NCBI GenBank assembly: GCA_944325535.1 | Contig: CALVAL010000001.1 | Location: forward strand, 1,925-65,924 | DNA: 64,000 nucleotides | Direction: 5' to 3' | From: Candidatus Gastranaerophilales bacterium | Lineage (GTDB): Bacteria > Cyanobacteriota > Vampirovibrionia > Gastranaerophilales > Gastranaerophilaceae | Shown: one piece after another, positions 38,283-47,929 of the stretch | Position numbering within the stretch: the first letter of the stretch is position 1 | How the letters are laid out: each line of letters begins with the position of its first letter | Notes under the pieces: generated by a model | What the model was told of the DNA's origin: nothing | Database searches by the model: none | Seen by the model: only the letters and a program-made list of their open reading frames with translations | Translations under genes and position numbers: made by a program

Positions 38283-38732
38283 AATAATCTCCGATTGTAT
38301 ACTATTCCAAGTATATTAAACTATATTTAGAGGTCTTTTAAATCCTTTAAATATAGTAATTTTGTGGGATTTTATTTATATAATAAATATTATAAGTTAT
38401 TTTATTTTAAATCCAATGCAACCCTAACGAAATGAGCAATCAATGTTAGCGAAACGTTATCAAAACGAGCATTGTTTGAGCGAAGCGAGTTTGCTCGTTT
38501 ATGTTGAGCTATACAATTGATTAGCGAATGTAGTTCCGGTTGCGAGTTTCTTTGCGTAACTTTCTTGTCGATACAAGAAAGTTACAAATAACAATATGTC
38601 TTTTAAAATGAACTTTTCTTTCTCTTTATTTGCGAGGTAAAGAGAAAGAAAAGTTCCAAAAGAAAGAGAAACACGCAATTGTTTTCTATGTCCTTCGGAC
38701 ATTAAAAGAAATATAATATTTATTATGAAAAA

Positions 38733-40865
38733 TTACATTCCATCAAAGTTTCCAGCAAGAACTTTTAAAGCTTTATCCTCAGCTAATTGCGCTCTATCTA
38801 GAGCTGATTGCAAGCCTGAATTATCAAAACTTTTTTGAATCTTTGCACCCTCTTGGGATGGAATATACTTTCTTTTCTTTTCTATATTTTTAGGATCTGG
38901 CTGGATTGTACACTTAGATGATGGAATATAAGTATAATTATCCCTATTATTCTCTTTGATAGGATGAGGTATTACATTTTTTTGTGATGGTATGTAAGTG
39001 TAATTATCCAGTTTATTTCTTTGTTCTTCCACTTGAGGAATATTTGCAGAATATTCATTTTTACCTCTTGTACTAATATTTTGATTTTGTGCTAGTATAT
39101 TTTGTTGCATTGCATTATTGTTTATATTAATTGCTTGTTTTTTTCGAGCTTCTTCATATAATCTATCATTCAAGTCTTTTTTCAAATATTGTTTTTGTTC
39201 TTTTAAAGATGTCTTATGCTCATCTTGTTTTTCTGCATCATATGATTTTCCAAAAATGCTTGAAGTAATTTTTGTTAAAGCAGCACCTAATACTCCCATA
39301 GAAATTGCACTCCAAACACCAAATCTTAAAGGAATACCCACAACATTTCTTAAGAAATTAGGAGTTTTTCTAACGATATTTGTTACCATATTTTTATTTT
39401 GATAAGGCTTAAAAGTTCCTAAATCTAGAGTAAGTACTCCAATAAGTTTTCTTAGACCTTTTGTGAATATATTTTGATTTTTTACAACCAATTTTTGTTT
39501 AACAATATTCTTAGCAATATTATATTCTGCTTTTGTTTTAAATTTTCCTAATTTTACGTTATTATTAAAATCTTTTAAAGCATCTCTATATTTTTCAACG
39601 TCAGCTTTACTCATTCCAGCATATTTTATGCCGCCTATTGCATGCATCATTTTTAGTGCAACTGGGAATGTAAATACCCAAGAAATGTTATCTACAAGAC
39701 CATTTGCAAAAGTTCCGACTTTTTGGTCGTTATCAGCTTTTTTAGTATTAACAAATACTTCAGCAAGGATTGGAGCAATAAATATTAAAGCACCTAACTT
39801 TCCGTTTCCAAAAGTAAGACCTCTATGAATAACTTGAACTGTTTTTGATAAAGCTCTTCCTGTAGCAGTTTTAGCGCCACCACCTTTTGTTATACTATAT
39901 AGCTGGTTATACACTTCATCACAGCCTTTTGTTCTTTCAAACAACTTAGTCAAAGGTCCTAAAAATCCATAATGTCCAGCACCCATTTTGACTTTGCCTT
40001 TGACTTTTTCACAAGCTTTCATAACATCATCGGTGTATTTACCTGTCATATCTTCTTTTATTAATTTAAGCTTGTTAGAATCAAGTCCCATAGCTTTTAA
40101 GATTTCTGTTTTTGTAGCAGAAAATGCCCCTGCAGAATCCATTGCTAAAATCTTATTAATTTCAGCTTGAGGTTTCCCAAGACGATGTAATAAAATTTGA
40201 TTTACAGCTTTTTCTTCTGGAATTTTAGAAATACTATTTACGCTAAAAGCTTTTTTAAGCATTTCTTTTTCAGCTTTTGTAATTCCTACATTTTTTAATT
40301 CTAAAGCTCCTTCTTCTCCAAGCTTTAGTGTATCTGCAATTTTTATAAATTCTTGTACAACTTCTTGTTTTTGATTAAACATTTGGCTTTTTACCATTTG
40401 CCATTCAGGCTGAGTTGGTGTATTTTTCATTGCACGTAAAATTGCACTGTTATTAACAGCTTTTTCACCTAAATTTCCAACTTTTTGGAATCCGCCTAAA
40501 ACTGTTTGCACAGGCTTGTTTTGGATTAATTTTGATTCTTGGATATTATCTCCAAATTTTGCGACTTTACCAACTAAACTTTTATTGTACTCCCCACTAC
40601 AAGCTTTTGAATATCCATCTAATAGAGCACTAATACCAAGCCAAGTCGCTAGAACAGTAATTGGATGTTCTTTGAACGGTTTTATTGTCATTTGGTAAAG
40701 CGGATTATTATCCATCGCTTCCTGAGCAGATATTTTATTCTCAGGAACATAGTAATAGTTAGGTATACGAACAGGATTCCCTTGAGGCTGATTTCCCTGT
40801 TGCATTGGAATAGGATATTTATCAAAATTTTGATTAATTTGTGTCACAATAATAAACCTTTTCAA
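38733..40865 (-). CDS. Large polytopic membrane protein, unknown function
   Basis: The ORF-track start at 40865 is a TTG. The first ATG is at 40805 (MQQGNQPQGN...). Four or more hydrophobic segments and C-terminal YIPSQ repeats. Confidence 0.55.
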   Translation of the reverse strand: MKRFIIVTQINQNFDKYPIPMQQGNQPQGNPVRIPNYYYVPENKISAQEAMDNNPLYQMTIKPFKEHPITVLATWLGISALLDGYSKACSGEYNKSLVGKVAKFGDNIQESKLIQNKPVQTVLGGFQKVGNLGEKAVNNSAILRAMKNTPTQPEWQMVKSQMFNQKQEVVQEFIKIADTLKLGEEGALELKNVGITKAEKEMLKKAFSVNSISKIPEEKAVNQILLHRLGKPQAEINKILAMDSAGAFSATKTEILKAMGLDSNKLKLIKEDMTGKYTDDVMKACEKVKGKVKMGAGHYGFLGPLTKLFERTKGCDEVYNQLYSITKGGGAKTATGRALSKTVQVIHRGLTFGNGKLGALIFIAPILAEVFVNTKKADNDQKVGTFANGLVDNISWVFTFPVALKMMHAIGGIKYAGMSKADVEKYRDALKDFNNNVKLGKFKTKAEYNIAKNIVKQKLVVKNQNIFTKGLRKLIGVLTLDLGTFKPYQNKNMVTNIVRKTPNFLRNVVGIPLRFGVWSAISMGVLGAALTKITSSIFGKSYDAEKQDEHKTSLKEQKQYLKKDLNDRLYEEARKKQAININNNAMQQNILAQNQNISTRGKNEYSANIPQVEEQRNKLDNYTYIPSQKNVIPHPIKENNRDNYTYIPSSKCTIQPDPKNIEKKRKYIPSQEGAKIQKSFDNSGLQSALDRAQLAEDKALKVLAGNFDGM

Positions 40866-40945
40866 ACCTAACTATTTATATAAAGTCATGTTATGAAAAA
40901 AAATTGCCTTTTTATCAAAATTATTTTTTAGAAATCTTAATATTC

Positions 40946-42013
40946 TTAGTCTTTTAATTCTAATTCACAGCAAAGCTGGCAAGCTCCAAAAGTTCCACCT
41001 GATGCTTTTAGATTTTTTCTAAAACAACAATAATGAGGAGAATTAAATAATTCTTTTAAAGTTTTATCTTTCACATTCCCTATTTTTTGAGAAAGACAAG
41101 GATAAACAAATCCCTCAGGGTTAATCATCATATTATTATAAGGATAAGTGCAAGGCTTGTAAATTTGATTTACAGGGGTATCATCTGGAAGCTGAAAGAA
41201 ATTTTCAATAGCTTCAATCGGATTTTTAGAATATTCAAACTTAGGAGAAAATCTTAGTTTAGTTTTTCCTTTTATGCTCTCAATTTCCTTATATACTTCC
41301 TTAAAATGTTCTATATCAAAATACAATTTTATTGGATAATTTTCATTAAATTCTGGAATAAAGCTTTCTTGCAAAATAGAATTTTGTTTCCAATGATTAT
41401 TCCTTAAAAATGATATTGATAAAAATTCAAATCCCATTTTTTCGCATAATTTATAAAGTTTTGGTAAATCATCTAAATTATTTTCTAATACGATAGTTTT
41501 AATATCTATCATTTGATTTTTTCTTTGAGATTTTAAATTTTCCAGATTAGAAATAATTTTATCAAAAATTCCATCATGCGCTCTGTTTATATTATGAGTC
41601 TCACCGTATCCATCAAGGGAAACAGATAATAAAAGTAGTTTGTATTTTATAAAAGCCTTTATTATTTCATCATTTATTAAAATCCCATTTGAAACAACAT
41701 GAGTCTTATTTAGTACTTTTTTAGAAGTATATGCAAAAATATCTATAAAATCTTTTCTTAAAAGAGGCTCTCCACCTACCAAAGTCACAATAGAATAGAA
41801 TGGTATTTGATCAATAACTTTTTTCCATTCTTCTAGTGTAAGTTCAGTTTTATTTCTTTCTTTCCCTACATAACAATAAGGACAAGCAAGATTGCAACGA
41901 TAAGTTAGCTCTAAAAAATACCTGAATGGTATTTTTGCTCTCCCATACTTATCATTATATGAAAATGAGGTATAAATATTTCTTGCTAAATCGAATAATG
42001 ATGAGTAATTCAT
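40946..42013 (-). CDS. Radical SAM enzyme with SPASM-like C-terminal Cys cluster
   Basis: CNLACPYCY (Cx3Cx2C). C-terminal CTYPYN...YPC...CCFRKN...GACQLCC. Confidence 0.8.
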   Translation of the reverse strand: MNYSSLFDLARNIYTSFSYNDKYGRAKIPFRYFLELTYRCNLACPYCYVGKERNKTELTLEEWKKVIDQIPFYSIVTLVGGEPLLRKDFIDIFAYTSKKVLNKTHVVSNGILINDEIIKAFIKYKLLLLSVSLDGYGETHNINRAHDGIFDKIISNLENLKSQRKNQMIDIKTIVLENNLDDLPKLYKLCEKMGFEFLSISFLRNNHWKQNSILQESFIPEFNENYPIKLYFDIEHFKEVYKEIESIKGKTKLRFSPKFEYSKNPIEAIENFFQLPDDTPVNQIYKPCTYPYNNMMINPEGFVYPCLSQKIGNVKDKTLKELFNSPHYCCFRKNLKASGGTFGACQLCCELELKD

Positions 42014-42030
42014 ATCATATTTATAACATA

Positions 42031-42056
42031 AAAAAACCTCTCTTGAAAAAGAGAGG
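42031..42056 (-). terminator. Terminator (minus strand) between the 59-aa ORF and the rSAM gene
   Basis: Minus strand reads CCTCTCTT-TTTC-AAGAGAGG followed by T7. Confidence 0.6.
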
Positions 42057-42136
42057 AAAGTTTGAGCGATGAGGATTCTTTATTATATTAAAATCCTTCG
42101 CTTAACTTTTCATTAAACTTTTTGGTAATAGAGTGC

Positions 42137-42316
42137 TTAAGTAAAAGGTTTAGTTGTGTTGATTCTATCTAAATTTTTTTCGAGTTCATATAATCCCCTA
42201 AGTATCGTAAATTTTGTACTAGAATCAATCGAGATATCATGTTTACAATATCCAATTAAAGATTTAATAATTATTTTATTATTTAAAATTAAATTTTTAT
42301 TATTATATTTTTTCAT
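42137..42316 (-). CDS. Possible 59-aa protein, divergent partner of an XRE regulator
   Basis: Own translation MKKYNNKNLILNNKIIIKSLIGYCKHDISIDSSTKFTILRGLYELEKNLDRINTTKPFT. No clear SD. A terminator follows. Confidence 0.35.
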   Translation of the reverse strand: MKKYNNKNLILNNKIIIKSLIGYCKHDISIDSSTKFTILRGLYELEKNLDRINTTKPFT

Positions 42317-42423
42317 ATTCTTATTAAAAAATAATCATATTATACTTAAAAAGTGTTTTATATGCAACCAAAAGTATTCTTTAAGCGGTTATAATTAAAA
42401 ATTGCAAAGTTTATAATTCGGAT

Positions 42424-42651
42424 ATGAAAATTTCGGAACAAAAATTTAGGGAAATTCTTGCTTTGAATCTAAAAGTGGCAAGGGTGAAAAAATCTTTAAC
42501 ACAGGAACAATTAGCAGAAAAAGTGGATATTTCTACTAAGCATTTAACTAAAATTGAGAATAAAAAAGTAACCCCAAGCTCTTTCATGTTGTATAATTTG
42601 GCAAAAGTGCTTAATGTGAGTGTGGATAGCTTGTTTTTAGAACAAAAATAA
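42424..42651 (+). CDS. XRE-family HTH regulator
   Basis: LTQEQLAEKVDISTKHLTKIENKK. Confidence 0.75.
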   Translation: MKISEQKFREILALNLKVARVKKSLTQEQLAEKVDISTKHLTKIENKKVTPSSFMLYNLAKVLNVSVDSLFLEQK

Positions 42652-42731
42652 TGGATTATATTAAATTTTGTAACAAGTATCTTTACAACTTTTAGAACAA
42701 GTGCTAAACTCTCACAAAAGGAGTTAGTATA

Positions 42732-43205
42732 ATGAATATATCACCAATCAATAGCGCATTAAATTTTAGAGGACTATGGGGTAAAACGATAGAAGAACAT
42801 TCAGGAAATGAGTATACCGCCTTGAGTTATGTTACAAAATCTTATTATCCTTTTAAAGATGAGACTAATGATTCTATTCAAAAGGTTATTGCTCAAAATG
42901 AAAGTCGTTATGAGGCTAATTGGACTGAGACTGGTGGTACATATGTAAAAGAAGTTGTTAGTGTGAGGACATATTCTCCATTAAATATTACTAAAAAAGA
43001 GTATGAAATGTATAAGGCATCAGGAATTGGCGCGGTAAGACCAGAAGAATTATCTAGCCCTGTAGAAAAAGAGTTGGTAGGCCGCGGTTTGCATGAGTAT
43101 TTAAATAAGGCTAAGAAATATACTGAAGAGGTTTCCAGAAGAAATAGCTTTAGCTACAAGCTAATTCAATTTTTTAAGAATATTGGTAGAAAACTAAAAG
43201 TTTAA
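42732..43205 (+). CDS. Hypothetical protein
   Basis: 157 aa, N-terminus MNISPINSALNFRG, SD AAAGGAG. Confidence 0.55.
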   Translation: MNISPINSALNFRGLWGKTIEEHSGNEYTALSYVTKSYYPFKDETNDSIQKVIAQNESRYEANWTETGGTYVKEVVSVRTYSPLNITKKEYEMYKASGIGAVRPEELSSPVEKELVGRGLHEYLNKAKKYTEEVSRRNSFSYKLIQFFKNIGRKLKV

Positions 43206-43209
43206 ACTA

Positions 43210-45795
43210 TTAAAATAAATTCAGCTGTGGGGTACCAATTTCTGTTTCATTAGATTTCTTTTTAGTTGCAAGATTTTTTGAGAAATCTTTTTGCATTTTA
43301 TTCATAAGCTCTTGTGAGCGACTGATTACTGTATTTGGTAATCCTGCCATTTTTGCAACCTGAATTCCGTAACTTTTGCTAGCTCCACCTTGAACAATTT
43401 TTCTTAAAAATTCTATTTCACCATTTTCTTCGCTTATTGTGATTCTATAATTTTTAATTTGAGGGAATGTATTGCTCATAACATTCAATTCATGATAGTG
43501 AGTTGCAAATATACATCTTGCACCGATTTTAGATGCAATATATTCAGCAACTGACCAAGCAATAGCAACACCATCATATGTGCTAGTACCACGTCCTATT
43601 TCATCAATAAGAATAAGACTTTTTTGAGTTGCGCTATTGAGGATATAAGCGGTCTCGGTCATCTCGACCATAAATGTTGATTTGCCTAATGTTAAATCAT
43701 CACTAGCACCGACTCTTGTGAAAATTTTATCAATAATTCCAATTTCTGCATAATCAGCAGGAATAAATGAACCTATTTGAGCAAGGATTGCAATTAGTGC
43801 ATTTTGTCTCATAAATGTTGATTTACCTGCCATGTTAGGACCTGTAAGAATCATAAACTGTGTCTTAGTTTTATCACTGCTTGACAGCTCAATGTCATTT
43901 GCAACATAAGTACCTAGTGGTAGAATCTGCTCTAATACAGGATGTCGTCCGTTTTTTACAAAAAAGTTTCCGCTTTCATTTAAATTAGGACATACATATT
44001 TTTGTTCTACTGCAATTGTTGCAAAAGAAATAAATACGTCCAATTTTGCGATACATTCAGCTACTTCTCTAATAATCGTCACAAATTCTTTTGAATAATC
44101 TCGGAAATTAGAGAATAATTTATATTCTAATTCGAAGGCTTTTACTTGAGCTGTAAGTACCTCATCCTCGTGTTTTTTTAATTCATCTGTAATGAATCTT
44201 TCTCCGCCAGTTAGAGTCTGTTTTCTAATATAATCAGAAGGGACTTTGTTCAAATTAGAATTTGTTACTTCTATAAAATATCCAAATACTCGATTATATC
44301 CGACTTTTAAGATGTTGATGCCGGTTCTGTCTTTTTCTTTTTGTTCAAATTCTTTGAGCCAATTTTCTCCGTTATACATCAAATCTCTCAAATAATCCAA
44401 ATCCGAATTTACTTCGCTTTTAATTAATCCGCCTTCTTTTAGAGTATTTGGAGCATCTTCTTTTATAGTTTTTTCGATTACATCTGTATAATCTTTTATA
44501 AGCTCAATATCTTTTTCAATATTCTTGAAAATATCTAAATCGATTGATTTTGCAAGCTCTACAATTTCAGGCAGCTGATATAATGAAGCTTTAAGACTTA
44601 AGAAATCTCTAGGACTTGCAGAATTATTGCTCAATTTTGTAGATAGCCTTTGGATATCATAAACATTTTTTAGCCTATTTTCGAGCTCATATCTTGTCTG
44701 AGAATTTTCTACCAATTTTTTAACAATCTCTTGTCTTGCAAGAATTTTATTCAAATCTTTTAATGGCTGGCATATCCAAGATTTAAGCAGTCTTGCACCC
44801 ATATTGGTATTTGTTTTATCAATCGCCCATAAAAGTGAGCCATATTTGTTTTTTTCTCTTAAAGTCTCTGTGAGTTCTAAATTTTTTCTTGTGCTAGCAT
44901 CGATTGAAAGGTATTCATTCAATTCATATGTTTCAATTTTTTCAAATTTTGGGAATCCTTCTTTTAAATTTTCCCAAATATAAGCCAAAAGTCCTGCAGC
45001 AGCGCGTAGCCCAAGAGGACAAGTTTTGTAGCCTAAAACATCTACATCTTGGATATTAAATACTTGCTTAAGGTTTTCTTTTGCAAAATTTTCTTCAAAT
45101 ACTTTTGAAGGTACTTTTGAGCAATTATAAACATTTTTGATATCATCAGGCAAATCAACAGTTTCTTCTGGCACAATTTGAAACGGTTGTAATTTCATTT
45201 TCTTTGCAGGAGCGATTATTTCAGCAGGCTGCAATCTTGCAAGTTCAGTTAAAATCATTTCATAGCTTAGCTGAGTTGCTTTGAATTCACCGGTTGAAAT
45301 ATCAGTATATGCAAATCCCCAAACTTTTTCATCTTTAGATTTTGCCTTTGAATTTTCAAATATTGCACACATATAGTTGTTGCTGTTTTGACTCAAAAGA
45401 TTTGATTCAATTAAAGTTCCAGCGGTAACTATTCTTACAACTCCACGTTTTACTATGCCTTTTACAGTTTTAGGATCTTCTAATTGCTCACAAATAGCGA
45501 CTTTAATATCTTTTGCGACAAGCTTTTCTAAATAGCCATCTAAAGCTTTTGCTGGAATTCCTGCAAGAGGTATTCTACCTAAGCTTCCGCATTCTCTGCC
45601 AGTGAGTGTAATTTCTAATTCTCTTGATAAGGTAACTGCATCTTCAAAAAAAGTCTCATAAAAATCGCCCATGCGATAGAGTAAAAGACAGTCTGGTCTT
45701 TCTTTTTTGATTTCCAAATATTTTTGCATAGCTGGGGTTGCTTCACTTATTTCAACATCCCTCGTGCTAACTAGATTGATTTCAGGCTTTGTCAT
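43210..45795 (-). CDS. mutS: DNA mismatch repair protein MutS
   Basis: TPAMQKYLEIK, MGDFYETF, Walker A GPNMAGKST, DEIGRGTSTYDG. Confidence 0.95.
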   Translation of the reverse strand: MTKPEINLVSTRDVEISEATPAMQKYLEIKKERPDCLLLYRMGDFYETFFEDAVTLSRELEITLTGRECGSLGRIPLAGIPAKALDGYLEKLVAKDIKVAICEQLEDPKTVKGIVKRGVVRIVTAGTLIESNLLSQNSNNYMCAIFENSKAKSKDEKVWGFAYTDISTGEFKATQLSYEMILTELARLQPAEIIAPAKKMKLQPFQIVPEETVDLPDDIKNVYNCSKVPSKVFEENFAKENLKQVFNIQDVDVLGYKTCPLGLRAAAGLLAYIWENLKEGFPKFEKIETYELNEYLSIDASTRKNLELTETLREKNKYGSLLWAIDKTNTNMGARLLKSWICQPLKDLNKILARQEIVKKLVENSQTRYELENRLKNVYDIQRLSTKLSNNSASPRDFLSLKASLYQLPEIVELAKSIDLDIFKNIEKDIELIKDYTDVIEKTIKEDAPNTLKEGGLIKSEVNSDLDYLRDLMYNGENWLKEFEQKEKDRTGINILKVGYNRVFGYFIEVTNSNLNKVPSDYIRKQTLTGGERFITDELKKHEDEVLTAQVKAFELEYKLFSNFRDYSKEFVTIIREVAECIAKLDVFISFATIAVEQKYVCPNLNESGNFFVKNGRHPVLEQILPLGTYVANDIELSSSDKTKTQFMILTGPNMAGKSTFMRQNALIAILAQIGSFIPADYAEIGIIDKIFTRVGASDDLTLGKSTFMVEMTETAYILNSATQKSLILIDEIGRGTSTYDGVAIAWSVAEYIASKIGARCIFATHYHELNVMSNTFPQIKNYRITISEENGEIEFLRKIVQGGASKSYGIQVAKMAGLPNTVISRSQELMNKMQKDFSKNLATKKKSNETEIGTPQLNLF

Positions 45796-45834
45796 AGTTA
45801 TAATTGTACATAATATTTATTCGAGGTGCAAGTA

Positions 45835-46449
45835 ATGTTTAGATTGATAAAGATAATTTTTAATGCCTGCTTATTAGTTCTTGCAATTATTGGTTTTAAT
45901 GCAATTGGTGGACAAAAATACGTTGAAGCTCTTAAAGTGAATATCGGAAATTTTATCCAAGAACATGCAATGGAGAGTGCTAAAAAAATCGGGAATTTCT
46001 CTAATTTAAATGAAGAATTTGAAATTGATAATGCAGTAAATTTACTTGGATATAAAGCAATAATTGCTGAGCATAAAGCTTCCGGACAAAAAATGGTAAT
46101 TATTGATTCAGGGAAAAAGCCGCTTTTGAGTCAAAATGATATAAAAAGCAATAATATTGATGTAAAATTAAAGGATTTAGCAGAGAAATTTAAATATCAA
46201 GCAATAACTGTAAAAGAGATAAAAGTAACAAATCGCGGAACAATGAAGGTTTATGATAAGCAAGTACCTTATGCAAAATTTGAGGCTAAAGTGACAAAAC
46301 TTCCTTTTGGAGAGATTGCAGGTGTGGTATCTAGTGTCACAACATCAGATGGCAAAGAAAAATTAGCGCTTTCGATAAGTGAAAAAGATAAGTATTCACA
46401 ACTTATTACAAATGAATTCTATAAAGGAGTAAAAGAGGCTCAAAACTAA
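45835..46449 (+). CDS. Membrane-anchored hypothetical protein
   Basis: I prefer the ATG at 45835 (GAGGTG 6 nt upstream) over the GTG at 45826. N-terminal hydrophobic helix. Confidence 0.5.
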   Translation: MFRLIKIIFNACLLVLAIIGFNAIGGQKYVEALKVNIGNFIQEHAMESAKKIGNFSNLNEEFEIDNAVNLLGYKAIIAEHKASGQKMVIIDSGKKPLLSQNDIKSNNIDVKLKDLAEKFKYQAITVKEIKVTNRGTMKVYDKQVPYAKFEAKVTKLPFGEIAGVVSSVTTSDGKEKLALSISEKDKYSQLITNEFYKGVKEAQN

Positions 46450-46486
46450 TTATTCCTTTAATAAAAATTAGACGAGGTAAAATAGT

Positions 46487-47308
46487 ATGAAAAAGATTTT
46501 ATTAACATTAATGATATGTAGTATTTTTAGTGGGATATGCTATGCAAAAGAAGATAAATTTTCAGAGGATTACTTAAAAAATCATAAACATTTTTCAATC
46601 CTGAATCCTTTTGCAGAAGGAGTTGTAGAACATAGTATAAAATCAGCACTAAAAAAAGAGACTGGAGCAAATTTCAAAGTAAAATTTGATGGGTATACTC
46701 TTTCTAGTATGAAAAAAGGTATTTTTAAAAATCTTGAAATTACTGGTAAGGATGTAGAGGTAGAAGATATAATTTTACCTTATGTTCATTTAAAATCAAT
46801 AAGTGATTATAACTATGTAGATTACACTCAAGATCCGATTGTATTTAAGTCAGATATGAGTTTTGATTATGACATGTTATTATCACAAGATAGTATTAAT
46901 AAAGCTTTGCAACATAGCAGTTATCAAGATGTTTTAAAGACAATAAATGATATTGCTTATCCGATGTTTCAAGTAAAAGGTGTCAGTACAAAAATTATAA
47001 ATAATAAAGTATATATCTTAATAGAATACAATTTCCCAATTGCTTTATCGACAAAGAATCGAGTATTTGTAACATCGTCAGAATTCAAGGTTCAAAACGG
47101 CAAAATCAAAGCTGCAAACGTTAAGTTAGATAGTGCTTATGGAAATATTTCTTTAGATAAAGTAGCAAATATGTTAAATATGTTAAATCCTCTTGAATTT
47201 ACTGTGCAGCTACTGGAATCAAAGAATTGCGATGCAAAAATAGAAAATATAAAAATTGTTGACAATAAAGTGAAAATTAATGGTAAAATATACGTAGAAG
47301 GAGACTAG
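46487..47308 (+). CDS. Secreted protein, DUF2993/LmeA-like
   Basis: Signal peptide. Repeated beta-rich ...GKDVEVEDI.../...KIKAANVKLD... pattern. Confidence 0.4.
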   Translation: MKKILLTLMICSIFSGICYAKEDKFSEDYLKNHKHFSILNPFAEGVVEHSIKSALKKETGANFKVKFDGYTLSSMKKGIFKNLEITGKDVEVEDIILPYVHLKSISDYNYVDYTQDPIVFKSDMSFDYDMLLSQDSINKALQHSSYQDVLKTINDIAYPMFQVKGVSTKIINNKVYILIEYNFPIALSTKNRVFVTSSEFKVQNGKIKAANVKLDSAYGNISLDKVANMLNMLNPLEFTVQLLESKNCDAKIENIKIVDNKVKINGKIYVEGD

Positions 47309-47311
47309 ACC

Positions 47312-47929
47312 ATGAATTTTTCTCAAAAAGTCGGCTTATTTGCTCTAATATTAATATCTTTAGGCTATGTTTATTTTTCATTTTTTGCAGAAGCAGGCTT
47401 TCATTTTAATAGTCCAATAGTCAGACAATTTTCTAATCAAACAGAAGAACTGCCTGAAATAATTGATGACAATATTAATGATGAAAATGATGTCGTTGAA
47501 AAAAAAGAGAATAAAACAAAAACAGTAAAAATATTTGTCTCTGATTCAAATGGTAATTTACGTTCGCTAAATCGAGAATGCGACATGAACGTGGAAAAAT
47601 CTTGTTTTGCTTATGCAATAAAAGAGCTAGTGAATGCGCCAACTAAATGGGAAAAATCAAAAGGTTTTACGTCTGAAATCCCTCAAGGTACTAAGATCTT
47701 ATCAATTAGAGAAGGTGAGGGAAGTGTTATGATAGACTTATCTTCTAATTTTGAAGGTGGCGGAGGTACCGAAAGCACTTACACTAGAGTTAAACAGCTT
47801 ATTAAGACTGCAAAGGCTAATACAAAACAACCTGTGTATTTATACATAAACGGACACCAAGCAGAAGTAATTGGTGGTGAAGGTATTATGATAAAACAAC
47901 CGCTAAGCGAGAGGTCTTTAGATGACTAA
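47312..47929 (+). CDS. GerMN-domain protein
   Basis: N-terminal TM. ...VKIFVSD..., ...IREGEGSVMIDLSSNF..., ...VYLYINGHQAEVIGGEG. Confidence 0.6.
   Translation: MNFSQKVGLFALILISLGYVYFSFFAEAGFHFNSPIVRQFSNQTEELPEIIDDNINDENDVVEKKENKTKTVKIFVSDSNGNLRSLNRECDMNVEKSCFAYAIKELVNAPTKWEKSKGFTSEIPQGTKILSIREGEGSVMIDLSSNFEGGGGTESTYTRVKQLIKTAKANTKQPVYLYINGHQAEVIGGEGIMIKQPLSERSLDD

Noticed and set aside
38499-38702. 67-aa ORF in the motA-upstream spacer.
   Set aside because: It runs straight through three perfect hairpins and has no ribosome-binding site. More likely non-coding structured DNA/RNA.
42156-42398. 80-aa plus-strand ORF upstream of the XRE gene.
   Set aside because: Non-ATG start, no SD, extremely Ile/Leu/Phe/Lys-rich. 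It overlaps the minus-strand 59-aa ORF, which is followed by a matching-strand terminator. Neither is certain, but the minus-strand reading fits the recurrent divergent architecture better.
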